Shown here: positions 50,001 through 59,749 of the stretch, piece by piece
How the letters are laid out: each line of letters opens with the position of its first letter
Numbering within the stretch: the first letter of the stretch is position 1
From: Klebsormidium nitens
Taxonomy: Eukaryota; Plantae; Klebsormidiophyceae
NCBI GenBank assembly: GCA_000708835.1
Contig: DF237283.1
Span: 37,332-101,331, forward strand
Length of the DNA: 64,000 bases
Direction of reading: 5' to 3'
Program-made: the position numbers and the translations under genes
Notes under the pieces: generated by a model
Databases searched by the model: none
Told to the model about the DNA's origin: nothing
What the model saw: only the letters and a program-made list of their open reading frames with translations

Positions 50001-52202
50001 CACCTGCATTGATTGAAGGTGTTCAATTTCGCGCCTATTTCAATCGTGCCAGGACTGTATGCTTTTCTAGCTTGTTTCCTTTTCGAATTAGGATAGAAAG
50101 AGAAAAGAATCTCAAGCTCAATTGCCTCCTTGACCTCGTCATGCCGACAATGTGGAGGCCAGTGTACTTGCCGGGCGGAAAAGAAGTAACGTTGATTTAC
50201 CTTGAAAAGAAGCAGCTGTCACCGTTGTGCTCCTTAAGGAAGCGACAGCTGTTCAGAAAAGGAAGTCGCAAAGTGGACTGACAAAACACCAGGACGACAC
50301 CTTTGGTTCTCAACATTTCTGAACGCATGGCACAGTATAAAGGTGTCTCACCTGGAACTTTTCCAGGATCGGCAAGTTCGTGACCTCGGCAGCGGCGGCC
50401 GATGTGAAGGTGCCCCTCTGCGGCGACGCGTACTGAGAGCTGTCGATCGTCTTTTCCTCAACATCGCTGTCCTCGTCTGCGTTGTTCGAGTCCCTCCGGC
50501 TCGCAATTCTGAAGCGGAGAGCAAAAACCGTGTTCAATTCTCTTAAGAAGAACGGTGCTTCCTCTTGGGGGCCATGCTTGTTGGAGGAACTTCTGTACAC
50601 CTTGCGTTCTGAGAGTCCACGAAGATGTGAAACCATGCGGCTACCAAGCCGGTCGCTTTTCGGATAAACCTTCAGAAAGACTCGTAAAAAAGATTTGCCC
50701 CTGTGTTCCAATTGAGGCACTGACTGGTGCAAACTTTTGTCCCTTTTGTTGTCGATCAATAGAGGTGTTGTTAGATGTGACCTTGTAGTGAGTGCTGCCC
50801 CTTCGTGCTGTAACTGCCAATGATATTTAGCCATGTTTCAAAAACGGAAAGTGATTTGAGAGAGCTCGCAGACCAGGTTCTCAAGAATGGTCATCACCGT
50901 GCTTTCAACTGAATTCTAAAAAAAGCTGGCGCCAAGAAGGGCGTGCAATCCGCGACGTGGGCCCAACAACCCAGAACTTGCAAAGTCTGGTTCACAGCCA
51001 TGAACGCACAACTCAGGATCCAGTATTATCAACTTCCGAGGACAGGTTACCCTTGAAAGATGGGACAACCATGCTACCCGACCCAGAGCAGGTTTAAGCC
51101 ATCGTTTTCCACAAATCCTCGTTCCATGCGAGAATGTCGAGGCCAGTGGAAGGGCCACCAAGGGGCTCGGCAAAAAGCCACTATCCAGAGATCTGTCGAT
51201 TGCCACTTTCTAGTTCATGTACTGCTCTTTCGAAGCTTGAAGGAATACTCCCAAAGAAGCAGAGCTTCCGAAAAAGCCGAAAAGGAACAAGCGAAGGTAA
51301 AAGGCACTGTGAGACTGCTCCACACGCAAGCAAGTCCCTGCTTTAACACACCGTTGCGAAACATGTAATGCCACCTGTCAATGCTGGCAATCTGACTACA
51401 GACTTTGGGCTTCAGTTGAGTTTGCCAGCACCATGAGGTACCACAAGGGTCTTTGAGGGTCGTCAGAGCCTGCTAATGCTATTTCAACACGTGTACTTCT
51501 TGAAGAAGCCCGACTTTCAACCGATAGACACAGGATGCACTCGAAATGCTGCCGTTTCAATGTCAGGCGAATGATTTTGAGCCAGAGGGCCTGACAGCAA
51601 TCTCAGAAAGTGCCCCTTGCACAGGCTATTGAAAGTCGTCACGTCAATGATACAAAAGCGACTGTACAACGTGGTTGAATCATCTCTTTGAAGAAAGGGA
51701 AATCCAACAAACAATTGACCAAAAACAAGAGTATTGAGGGGAGCATCTTATCTATTGTAAGTTGTACTGCTCCTTGAACAGAACTAGGTGCCCTAGTTTG
51801 TAGGAACCAGAAGAAGCATCGACAGCACGCCATGGGGAGGCTTTGGAGTTCAAAGAAGCGACAATTGTCAAGCAAGCAGTCATATCATTCTTGCAGAATG
51901 AACAAGGATCCGCTTTCAACTGCCAGAATTCAAGAAAGTTCAGAGCCCCAACGTAAGTGTCAGGACTCAGCAGAGTTTGCTGTGATGTGGGAGGCAAATT
52001 AGGGTTCAACTTACGGAGTGACTTCAAGTTCGCTCTCATCCGACAACTCTGAGCCCCCATTCAGGCTGATGCGGGACCCATTCGGAGTCATCTCCTCCAG
52101 ATCTCTAGGGCTTTTCATCTTCCCGGGCGTCGCTTCCCCATTGCTGAGTCCGGGGTCTGACCCAACATCGATAGAGAGAGACATCGCCATGGCCGGGGGC
52201 AT
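35042..52202 (-). CDS. KCBP: Kinesin-like calmodulin-binding protein (kinesin-14; MyTH4-FERM-coiled coil-motor-CaM-binding helix)
   Basis: 22 GT-AG-bounded exons join in phase with no stops. Motifs: [18 protein letters not shown] (MyTH4), [23 protein letters not shown] and [26 protein letters not shown] (FERM), [19 protein letters not shown] (P-loop), [43 protein letters not shown] (CaM-binding). Confidence 0.97.
35960..36415 (-). repeat. Intronic degenerate copies of the 3' end of the KCBP switch-II exon
   Basis: 36335-36415 and 36165-36240 align by eye to exon sequence 36470-36545 ([21 protein letters not shown]). Weaker copies lie near 36275 and 35960-36060. Confidence 0.85.
37086..37292 (-). 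repeat. Intronic copies of the acceptor end of the KCBP exon starting at 36814
   Basis: ttcttgggctccttgaaggccttcttgggcagcagcaag..tgtcctgta (37086-37146) versus exon 36762-36818; a shorter copy at 37252-37292. Confidence 0.85.
37834..38097 (-). repeat. Intronic copies of the KCBP P-loop exon 5' end
   Basis: 37834-37913 matches 37666-37745 at 74 of 80 nt (manual count) and keeps its TTTGCAG acceptor. A more decayed copy lies at 38030-38097. Confidence 0.95.
38826..38993 (-). repeat. Intronic copies of the [10 protein letters not shown] exon start with acceptor
   Basis: gcgggtcttgcctttcatgtctgcag (to 38858) and cagaacacgcggatattgcccgtcatgtctgcag (38960-38993) versus the exon start at 38797. 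Confidence 0.9.
40302..40348 (-). repeat. Intronic copy of the 3' end plus donor of KCBP exon 40653-40459
   Basis: acccacctcctccatttcccgcagctcgtccacttccttg versus actcacctccttcatctcccgcagctcgtccagttccttg. Confidence 0.9.
40781..40821 (-). repeat. Intronic copy of the 5' end plus acceptor of KCBP exon 40653-40459
   Basis: cgctctgccaagcacttcgtctccggcgtcttgctctg versus cgctccgccaaatacttcgtctccagcgccttgctctg. Confidence 0.9.
43458..43752 (-). repeat. Three intronic copies of the 5' end of the KCBP exon starting at 43332
   Basis: Variants of cgcccgcctgcgctgcccgggttcttgcatacctgca at 43458-43495, 43616-43652 and 43716-43752. Confidence 0.92.
46862..47216 (-). repeat. Two intronic copies of the 3' end of the KCBP exon ending at 47310
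   Basis: 47175-47210 differs from 47310-47345 at 2 of 36 nt and has a GTGAGC donor. The copy from 46862 shares the intronic flank gaacggaccagtctYgccgctca with the first copy. Confidence 0.92.
48280..49045 (-). repeat. Intron largely built from copies of both flanking MyTH4 exon ends
   Basis: Three decayed copies of exon sequence 49145-49230 at about 48618-48712, 48795-48895 and 48961-49045. One copy of the start of the exon at 48201, with its acceptor, at about 48280-48350. Confidence 0.85.
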
Positions 52203-55200
52203 ATCACAAACCCCTTTCCTGACTGAATTCAGCCCCCTGAAAACACACCCAACGGGCTGGGTCGAAGTGACCAGCAGCGTCTAAACCCTATTTCTCATTT
52301 GTGTACCCAACTGCCTCGATTCAATTCTTTGGCTATAAAGGACATGTCAGCATGTACTGCGGAAGGGTCCCAGCCTATCTTCCAGGAGGAGGGGTCATTG
52401 GCTGCAGAATGTTAATTGTCAAGTCTAGCCATACCAATGACAAACGCGTCCGCAGGAATTGCCGCCTGCATGTTCTCTCTTGATCCAGATACCCATCAAG
52501 AAAGCATCCTTCGCGTAATGCATGCCTGGAAGGCGGCCAGCCAATCATAGGGATGACACCGCACAATGCACACCAGCGCAGGCCAAGTCTGACGCACCAG
52601 CTAGGATTCAGGAAGACGAACGAACGATTTGAAAGTTCGTCTTCCTCCTTTCTTGAACGCCTACTTTCAGGGCCCTGTTTGGAAGCGCGTGGCAACCTTG
52701 ATGCCGGTATCACCGTCAGAATTGTGACAGATCTTGCCGGCACAAGGCCCCGTTTGACTTCAACAGCAGTCAACAGGCGTTACGTCACCATCTCGTGCGT
52801 AGAGCTATTTGCTCCTGCCTGCACCGTGTTACGAACGAGCGTAACGCAGCTGCTCGCCGCGCGCGCGCTGTCGTGCTTACGCGAGCAGGTCAGGACAGTC
52901 TAGGTTTTCACACTTTTCGCGATGAGTACCAATTCGCCCCGTGAGCGGATAATTTTCGCGTGCGGAGCGGACAAGATTTGCCGTCGCAAGACGTCGTGTG
53001 AACGCGCCCGGTGCGTACTTCGCACCTTCTGCAGGGTGCAGCGAATGGCTCCCCGTCGATCTTGGCCAGCGCACTGCATGTGCGGCGCACAGAAAATGTC
53101 GGAGAGGTCCAATTTCCAATCAGCAACGGCTGAAGTTGAGCCGTCCCTCCCTTCCTGAGCTGTTGCGAGGCTTCCTTTTCTTCCTTGGAGCTCCCCAACC
53201 CTTCACTGCTCCCCTGGGAGGGCGGGGGGCACTTGCCGGTCAGAGGCGTCCCCTGCGGCGGTGCATTTGCTTTTCACCAGAGGTTTGGGACCATCAAAGA
53301 TCTTGCCTGACTCCAATTGATGGGGGCAGCCAATCCAACGGCAGCGCTCTGCCCCCTGTAGCTGCACCAGACTGCAATCGGTGAGTTAACACTAATGCAA
53401 AGCGTTTCCATGCCCCAGATAAAGTGAAAAGTCTGAAACTGCTGTATCTGCTGTTTCCATGCAGTGACCTTTGGAAGCTCTGGATCCAAGTAATGCTTTT
53501 GAGCAGAATCCTGATGCGTGACCAGTGGAGCATTGGCTTGAGGAACGGGTTGGGTAAACTTGCGCTTGCTCAGATCTTTTGCAGACATTGTCGTGTCTTG
53601 TTGAACTGTACTTGCCCAGCATGTCGGCTTCCCGGTCGGAAGGGCAACGAGTGCATCCCTGCAGTATTTAGGTATTGGTTGGGGTTTCCCCCATGCTGGT
53701 GCCTTTGCTTTCTTCAGCAGATTGTCTGCAGGACACTGGCCATACACTAAGCAGTCTTCAATCGAAATGAAGGCTGGTAGCTTTGCCGTACTTTTACCTT
53801 TATCACAACAGAAGGTGCTCAATGCAAGCGCCCCGTCAAGATTCTGCCCTTCTTTCTGACAAGCATCACCGCCTCTGTTGTCATCTACCCACGGTGATGT
53901 GTGCGGGCTCTAAGAACCATAGGGTTGACACCTTCATCAATTCCAGCAGTCCTGGTACATCTGGATCTGTCCCGTCACGCATGTGCAATGTGCTGGTGTA
54001 CATTGCATTCTTGGAGCAGGTCTGAGCAGACGCATCATTCGCCTTTCATCTGAGCAGTTGGTAACTCTTGAGGGTTTATTGTGAACGTGGATGCTCATGA
54101 CGAATTGCTCAGTCTTTCTCAGTCCCATTCGTTCCTCTGCTCGCAGCGTCGGTCTCCATGCCTGCCTCTTATTCTGTCTAACCTCTCTTTGAGATTGTTC
54201 CCTGTTCCTTCACCGGTTCTTGTTGACGGGGCAGTCTCGCAGAATTTCATTGTATCTGTTGTGGTCATCTAATTGCAATCTGCACATCCAGCCCTCTGTG
54301 CGTCTTTGCATGCCACCTTTCAGCGCTCCGGGAACGGCTGCTCGTGATCTGTTCAGCTCTCATCTCTTCCAACAGTTGGATAGTCAAGACTGTGTCCCAG
54401 TGCTTGATCTGCTAGAATGTTTGTGGCCAATGTGTGAGTCCTGAGCTCTCTCGGTGTCTCCTTGGCACTTGGTAAAGTTACAGGGTGCCTGGTCTTGTCA
54501 TCCCTTTTCGGTATATGCTTCCGTCCTGCTGCGGATAGAACTCTGCTCCTGAATTCCCCTTGGTTGATTCGTGCTTGGTGCAGGTCTTTGCTTTTGGCTG
54601 TTTTCATTGAAAGGACTCCCCTTGTTTGCAATGTTTGCTGCTGAGCTCAGCAGACACCATCCTACGGTCGGCCTGGATTGCTTACAAGGAAGGAGATGTA
54701 GCAGTGCTTCCGGCGTATGCCTCTTTTGACAGTCTCACATCGTCAAGTCGTAGCTATGCTTCCAAGTATGAGCAATGCCTTCGATAACGGGCAAAGAGCC
54801 AGGATGTCTGGCTTGTTTCCAGTGGCTGAAGTGGAAGAAAGTAGAAGCTCCTGCTTGCACTACAATTCTCTGCTCCGGCTACTTCGCAATTGGCCTGCTT
54901 GCAGTTCCGTCAAATCTGATTTTATGCAGAATTGGTTCTCACCCGGGATCGTCCTTTACCAGGGTTTCTCGTTTCCACCTATGATGCAACAGCTACCTAC
55001 ATTCTTGGATGGCGTCTCAACATAAGGTCCGGCAACATTCAGCTCATTTTGCCGGGGCCATCTTTGGTGGAAGGAATACGTTGCCGCCTGAACTCCGCAA
55101 TTGAGCGGTGGGAGCCCTGTTATAGTTTTACAAATAGCAAGAATGAGTCAATCAGGGTTGCGCTCATTCCGTTTTGCTGAATTGTAAATGAATCTGTCTT

Positions 55201-55878
55201 GAAGGCATTTTGCTGATGCTTGTTCATGGCCTACAAATATGGGACTGATCAATCTGACTCATCATTGGAATGGACTTCAATTGGTTGTCTGCGGTCCCTG
55301 CGATTTGGAAATGAGTGTTGAGAACTTCTCAACAACGCTAAGCCAATGTCTGCGAGCTTTTCTTTGTTCCGTTGAACACAAACAGATAAGCGTCTGGTCA
55401 CGACTATTCTTGAAGGATTATCATCTGAGTCTCTCTGTGTGTCAAACTTCTCTACGGTGTGAGGAAGTCGTGAGAGGCTGAGAATAAAGAAAGCTTATTG
55501 GCCTCGGAGCAGAGCTTTGCCTGCAATGACGTTCTAGTCAGCCCTTCTTGCTTGAACTGATTTCTGCACACAAGTGAGACAAATGAGACCATGGATGATG
55601 GCCTAGGTTCCAAAGAGTCCAAGAAATGAGAGGAAGTAGTAGTATAGAAAGGGACCTTCTAAAACCACTGGCTTGACTAAGTCAGGAAGTTCATTTAGTG
55701 GATCCTCAACAAAAGAGTATGAATCAGGATTTTTGCCAGGTTCTAACCGGGTCATCTACCTCCCCATTTGCAGATGGACTCAACAGAACCAGCCGCCAGA
55801 TCGCGCCCCATGTCTGCCAAAACGGAGGCGAAGAATCCCCCGTCCCCTCCCCCCTGCCTCCGCTAGAGCCAGCCAAAC

Positions 55879-58800
55879 ATGAGGCAGAACACACGCCTCG
55901 CCATCCTTGCGGCAGAATTGGAGCGCCAATCTCCCCCCGAGACCTCGCAACCTCCCCCCCAAAACGAGGGAGAGTCGTCAGACGGCGGCGTGGTGCAGAC
56001 AATTCCGGCGGTCTCGCTCAGGGGGGGTGCGCCTACCAGGTGGAAAGAGCTGGGGATTGAGACCCCCGACCCGAGGACTCCGAACCCCCGCACCCCCATA
56101 ATGTCAAGAAGTGGGCCGGACTCGGTGCAGGCTACCCCCAGTACGGTTCCTCGGAGTGCCCCTGAGGGCAAGCGGGAGTGTGCAGTGTGCAGCTTGCAAA
56201 AATCTCCGAGATGGTGAGTGGGAAAGACAATCGGTGGTCGCTTTTTCGGGGTTCATCTGATGATCTCCTGATCCTGCTGAGATTGTGGCGGCTGCTATTT
56301 GTTGGATGGGGTCAGTTTGGAGGTTCTTAGGTGTGCTGGTGCTAAACTGCAGGAGGACAGGTTTCAGCTTGCCTGAAATCTGTAAGCTTTATACTCAGCC
56401 GTTTTTTGGTAATAGACTGCTCTTCGTTGTTAAGCTGGGGAGATTGTCTTCTGTGCAGCATAAAAAGCAACTGGAATGCATTCTTTTTACTGAAAGTATG
56501 CCAACTTTTCAAACTTGGAAGTCGCGGCTTGGTTGTGAACCTTTTGGTGTACCTGGGGGTCCACTCAAGTATTTACATATGCCGTGTCGAACAACAAAGA
56601 ATTGTGTCCCTACCTCCTGCAATCAGCCTCTTACAAGTGCCTCGGTTCTCCTGCAGGCGCACGGGTCCCGACGGGCCAAAGACTCTTTGCAACCGGTGCG
56701 GTGTTTATTGGGCGACAATGCGGCATAAGTGGGACAACCTGGTCGCTCGTTTTAAGGGGGATCCCTCAGGCAAAATGCGGGGCACCCCGAGTACGGACGG
56801 GGGGGAAGACGAGGGGGGAACGGGAACCAGCGTCGGCAAAGGAAGGAAGCCCGGGAAAGTGAAGCCGGATCCAACTCCGACGCCGAAGGTAAGCGAGCTG
56901 GTATGGCGGAATCGAAATTGTGCTCGTTTATGAAACCAGAGGCAACTTAATCGTGAAAGCTCGTGAGTTTTGATCCGCGTTTCGGTGCTATGCGGAATGG
57001 CGGACAGATAGTAGGACGTAATTGGCAGTTCTATGCACGCTTGCGTGAGCATGTTTTATGGAGCTACGTCCTGCAAAGCTTCCCTCTGGTCTTTGCTCGA
57101 GGCTTCGCTATAACGCACGACGTCTACGTACCACAATAGTCACTAGACATTTCGCAGACTTAAGGTACAGATCTTTCTCACAAGCGAGGCCCGTAACCTT
57201 ACACAAAATCCTACGTTGGCTCTGTGTGCGAGCCGAGGCGTTCAAGCAACCAAAGGTCTCACCTTGGGTCACTTCAGCAATTCTTTCCTGCCGACCGTAC
57301 CAAGTGCACACCGCCTTTGTGACTGTTTCGCAGAATCCGGATCTCTTACGACGATACGAATCGTAACGAATTTGCCTCTGATCGAGAGTTGTTCATTGCG
57401 AATCATGTCCGGTAAAGCCAGTTCCTCTGCACTATTCCGTTCCGGACTAGACCGGTTTCGTCAGGGGCGCTTCTGTAATGTGTCAGCATAAGATCTGCCA
57501 TCGTTGTCGTTGAAGGACGCGAGTATTCATGGAAGGGACGGAAATCTACTCACAGTTGTCTTAGAAGCCTTAACTGAAGCTGTTCGCTATCGGCCACAGA
57601 ACACCCGCAAGCGCACAACGCGCACCGTCCCGAACCCGACCCCGCTCGCGCATGGCAACGGCGGCCCCCCGTTTCTCGACAGCGCAACCGCCAACGGTCT
57701 CATCGCCGGGGGCGTTGCCACGAGGTCAGGGGAACACGCTCCTGCCGCCGCGCGACAGCTGGAACTTGCCACAGAGGAGAAATCCAAGCCCCCTAAGAAG
57801 CGGTGGATCGAAGAGCTGACGGAAACGTCCCCTAAGCGGCGGTCCGGTCAGCCCGTGCGGTGGCGCGCGCTTTCGGACGAGGGTGACGTGGCGGCCAACG
57901 ATTCGCCGAGCGGGAAGCGGAGGCGTGGGGGCGGTTCGGACGTTGGAGAGGAAGGAGGCTTGCGAAAGGAGGAGGCGTCAGATGCTCAAAAGGAAGAGGT
58001 GACAGGTGTCGCAAAAGAGGTGACAGGTGTTGGGGATGAGGAGGCGCCAGCTGTCCGAAAGGAGGAGGCGCTGGAGAGAGACGTCCGAAAGGAGGGGCGC
58101 ATGCAGCGGGGTTTGGCGCGGGTTTTGGAGGCCGCGAACGGGGGGTTCGATGCCGGGGAGCCGTCACCCAAGGCGGCCCCACCGAAACGGAGGAGGACCG
58201 AGCTTGAAGGGTTGCTGGGCGCGGCAAAGAAGGAAGAAGCGCCGGGCGAGCGCCGCGGGGGGGACGGGCGGCTACAGCGGGGTTTAGCGAGGGTTTTGGA
58301 GGTGGAGCGATTGGCCAACGGCGATGGGGAGCAGGACGCGTCGCTGAGTTTAGAAAGCGGCGAGGTGGCGGTGCGTCGGCGGCAGGGCCGGCGGGCGAAC
58401 GGGAGCGATGACGTCAGCGGGGGGCTGTTGTTGGAAGAGGACGGGGATGCCGGGTTGGCTAGAAACAGGCGGGGAAAGCCGCCGCTCGGAAAAGGGGGCG
58501 GGGGGAAGTGGGAGTTACGGCCGCGGCCTGATTCGGGCCACAGGAGTAAGGGGGGTGAGAGCGAGTCGGATTCAGACGCGGAGGGGGAGAAGCCGGGGGT
58601 TAAAAGGAAGGGGGGCAAGGGGTCTTTGGACGGGGGGGTGGATAACAGGCCCAATGGAAAGAGGGGGCACAGTGAGGATTTAAATGATGCGCCGCGCCGC
58701 GTTGGGAACGGAGAGAACGGTGTGAATGGGCGTCCGAGGAGGGACGGCTCGGCGCTCTGCATGGTGTGCGGTGAGAGCCCACGGGAAGCCCTGTTCAGCC

Positions 58801-58913
58801 CGTGCGGGCACTTCAATTTCTGCTATGGGTGCGCGTCGCAGAACCTCAAGGAGAAAGGTGACTGCCCAAAGTGCGGCGTGAAGGTGACGGGGGTGCAGAA
58901 AGTTGTGCTCTAG
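55879..58913 (+). CDS. GATA-type zinc finger protein with C-terminal C3HC4 RING finger
   Basis: Exons 55879-56213, 56657-56888 and 57600-58913 join in phase. The splice forms CAVC-SLQKSPRW|RTGPDGPKTL-CNRC (C-x2-C-x18-C-x2-C). The C-terminus is CMVC..PCGH..CYGC..CPKC. An upstream in-frame ATG at 55774 is separated by a TAG at 55864. Confidence 0.85.
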
Positions 58914-59616
58914 CTCCGGAAGGCAGGGCCGACCCGCTGTGTGTCAGACACCCTTTGGTGTGCCGTCCTCCGCCCATCTCATGAATGTTGCGAGACAAGG
59001 GTCGTGACCCGCGTTTGTCGACTCCTGCAAGCGTTTTCTGAGGAGTTCTACCGCCGCTCAGTGTATTGTTTGCAACACCTGCGAATTCGTGACGAAAAAA
59101 GAGTGTAATTATGACATATTCGGACTTGTTCACCGATTAGTTAGACGGTCGACTGCAATCTGAGATATATCTGCTTTGTTCGTAGGACTCGTTAAGTTTT
59201 GTAAGTTCAGATGAATCTAGTCCAAGAAATATGTTCAGGTTTGAGATGACAAAATGTGCGTCTGCAGGATTTGAGGTCCATATTTGATAATTCACATGTG
59301 GTCAACAGATCATGGCATGGCACCCAACATGGTCACTTGGCTCCAGTCAGTCGCCCGTGCGAGCTGCATGTGGGATTCGTTGGTCAAGCTTACTGTATCT
59401 TTTCGAGCTAGCTGCCTCATTGTCAGGAAGTGCAATGTACACCATTGACGGTTGCAGGTATGCTTGACTTCCGCCGCTAGTGGGTTTGGTGTCAGGCTGG
59501 ATTGTGTCGAGTCGGAATCATGTCCGGCACTTTATGTTGAGTGGTGACTAACTAGAGTAGGCAGAAATCCGAGACTAGGCTAGGCTGTAGCCCAGTGCAT
59601 CATGTGAGACAGTGAA

Positions 59617-59652
59617 GAAGAAAGAAGTGAAGCTAGGCTTCATTCTTTCTTC
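59617..59652. repeat. 16-bp inverted repeat (hairpin with 3-nt loop and 1-nt bulge)
   Basis: gaagaaagaa(g)tgaagc-tag-gcttcattctttcttc. Confidence 0.85.
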
Positions 59653-59749
59653 TGTTCAGTCAAAAGTTTGATATGGGGCGGCATTCTTGAGCTCATGCAA
59701 ACTGTACGATGGCCAGAAGTCATTCTCAACTTGGTTACCATGTGTGGTG

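Noticed and set aside
52248-52290. MSA-like CCCAACGG and telo-box AAACCCTA in the KCBP leader
   Set aside because: Single short motifs, and AAACCCTA also occurs in several introns, so they are not distinguishable from chance.
53274-53822. 182-aa minus-strand ORF between KCBP and the GATA gene
   Set aside because: No recognisable motif or clear splice context, and composition resembles intron or UTR sequence.
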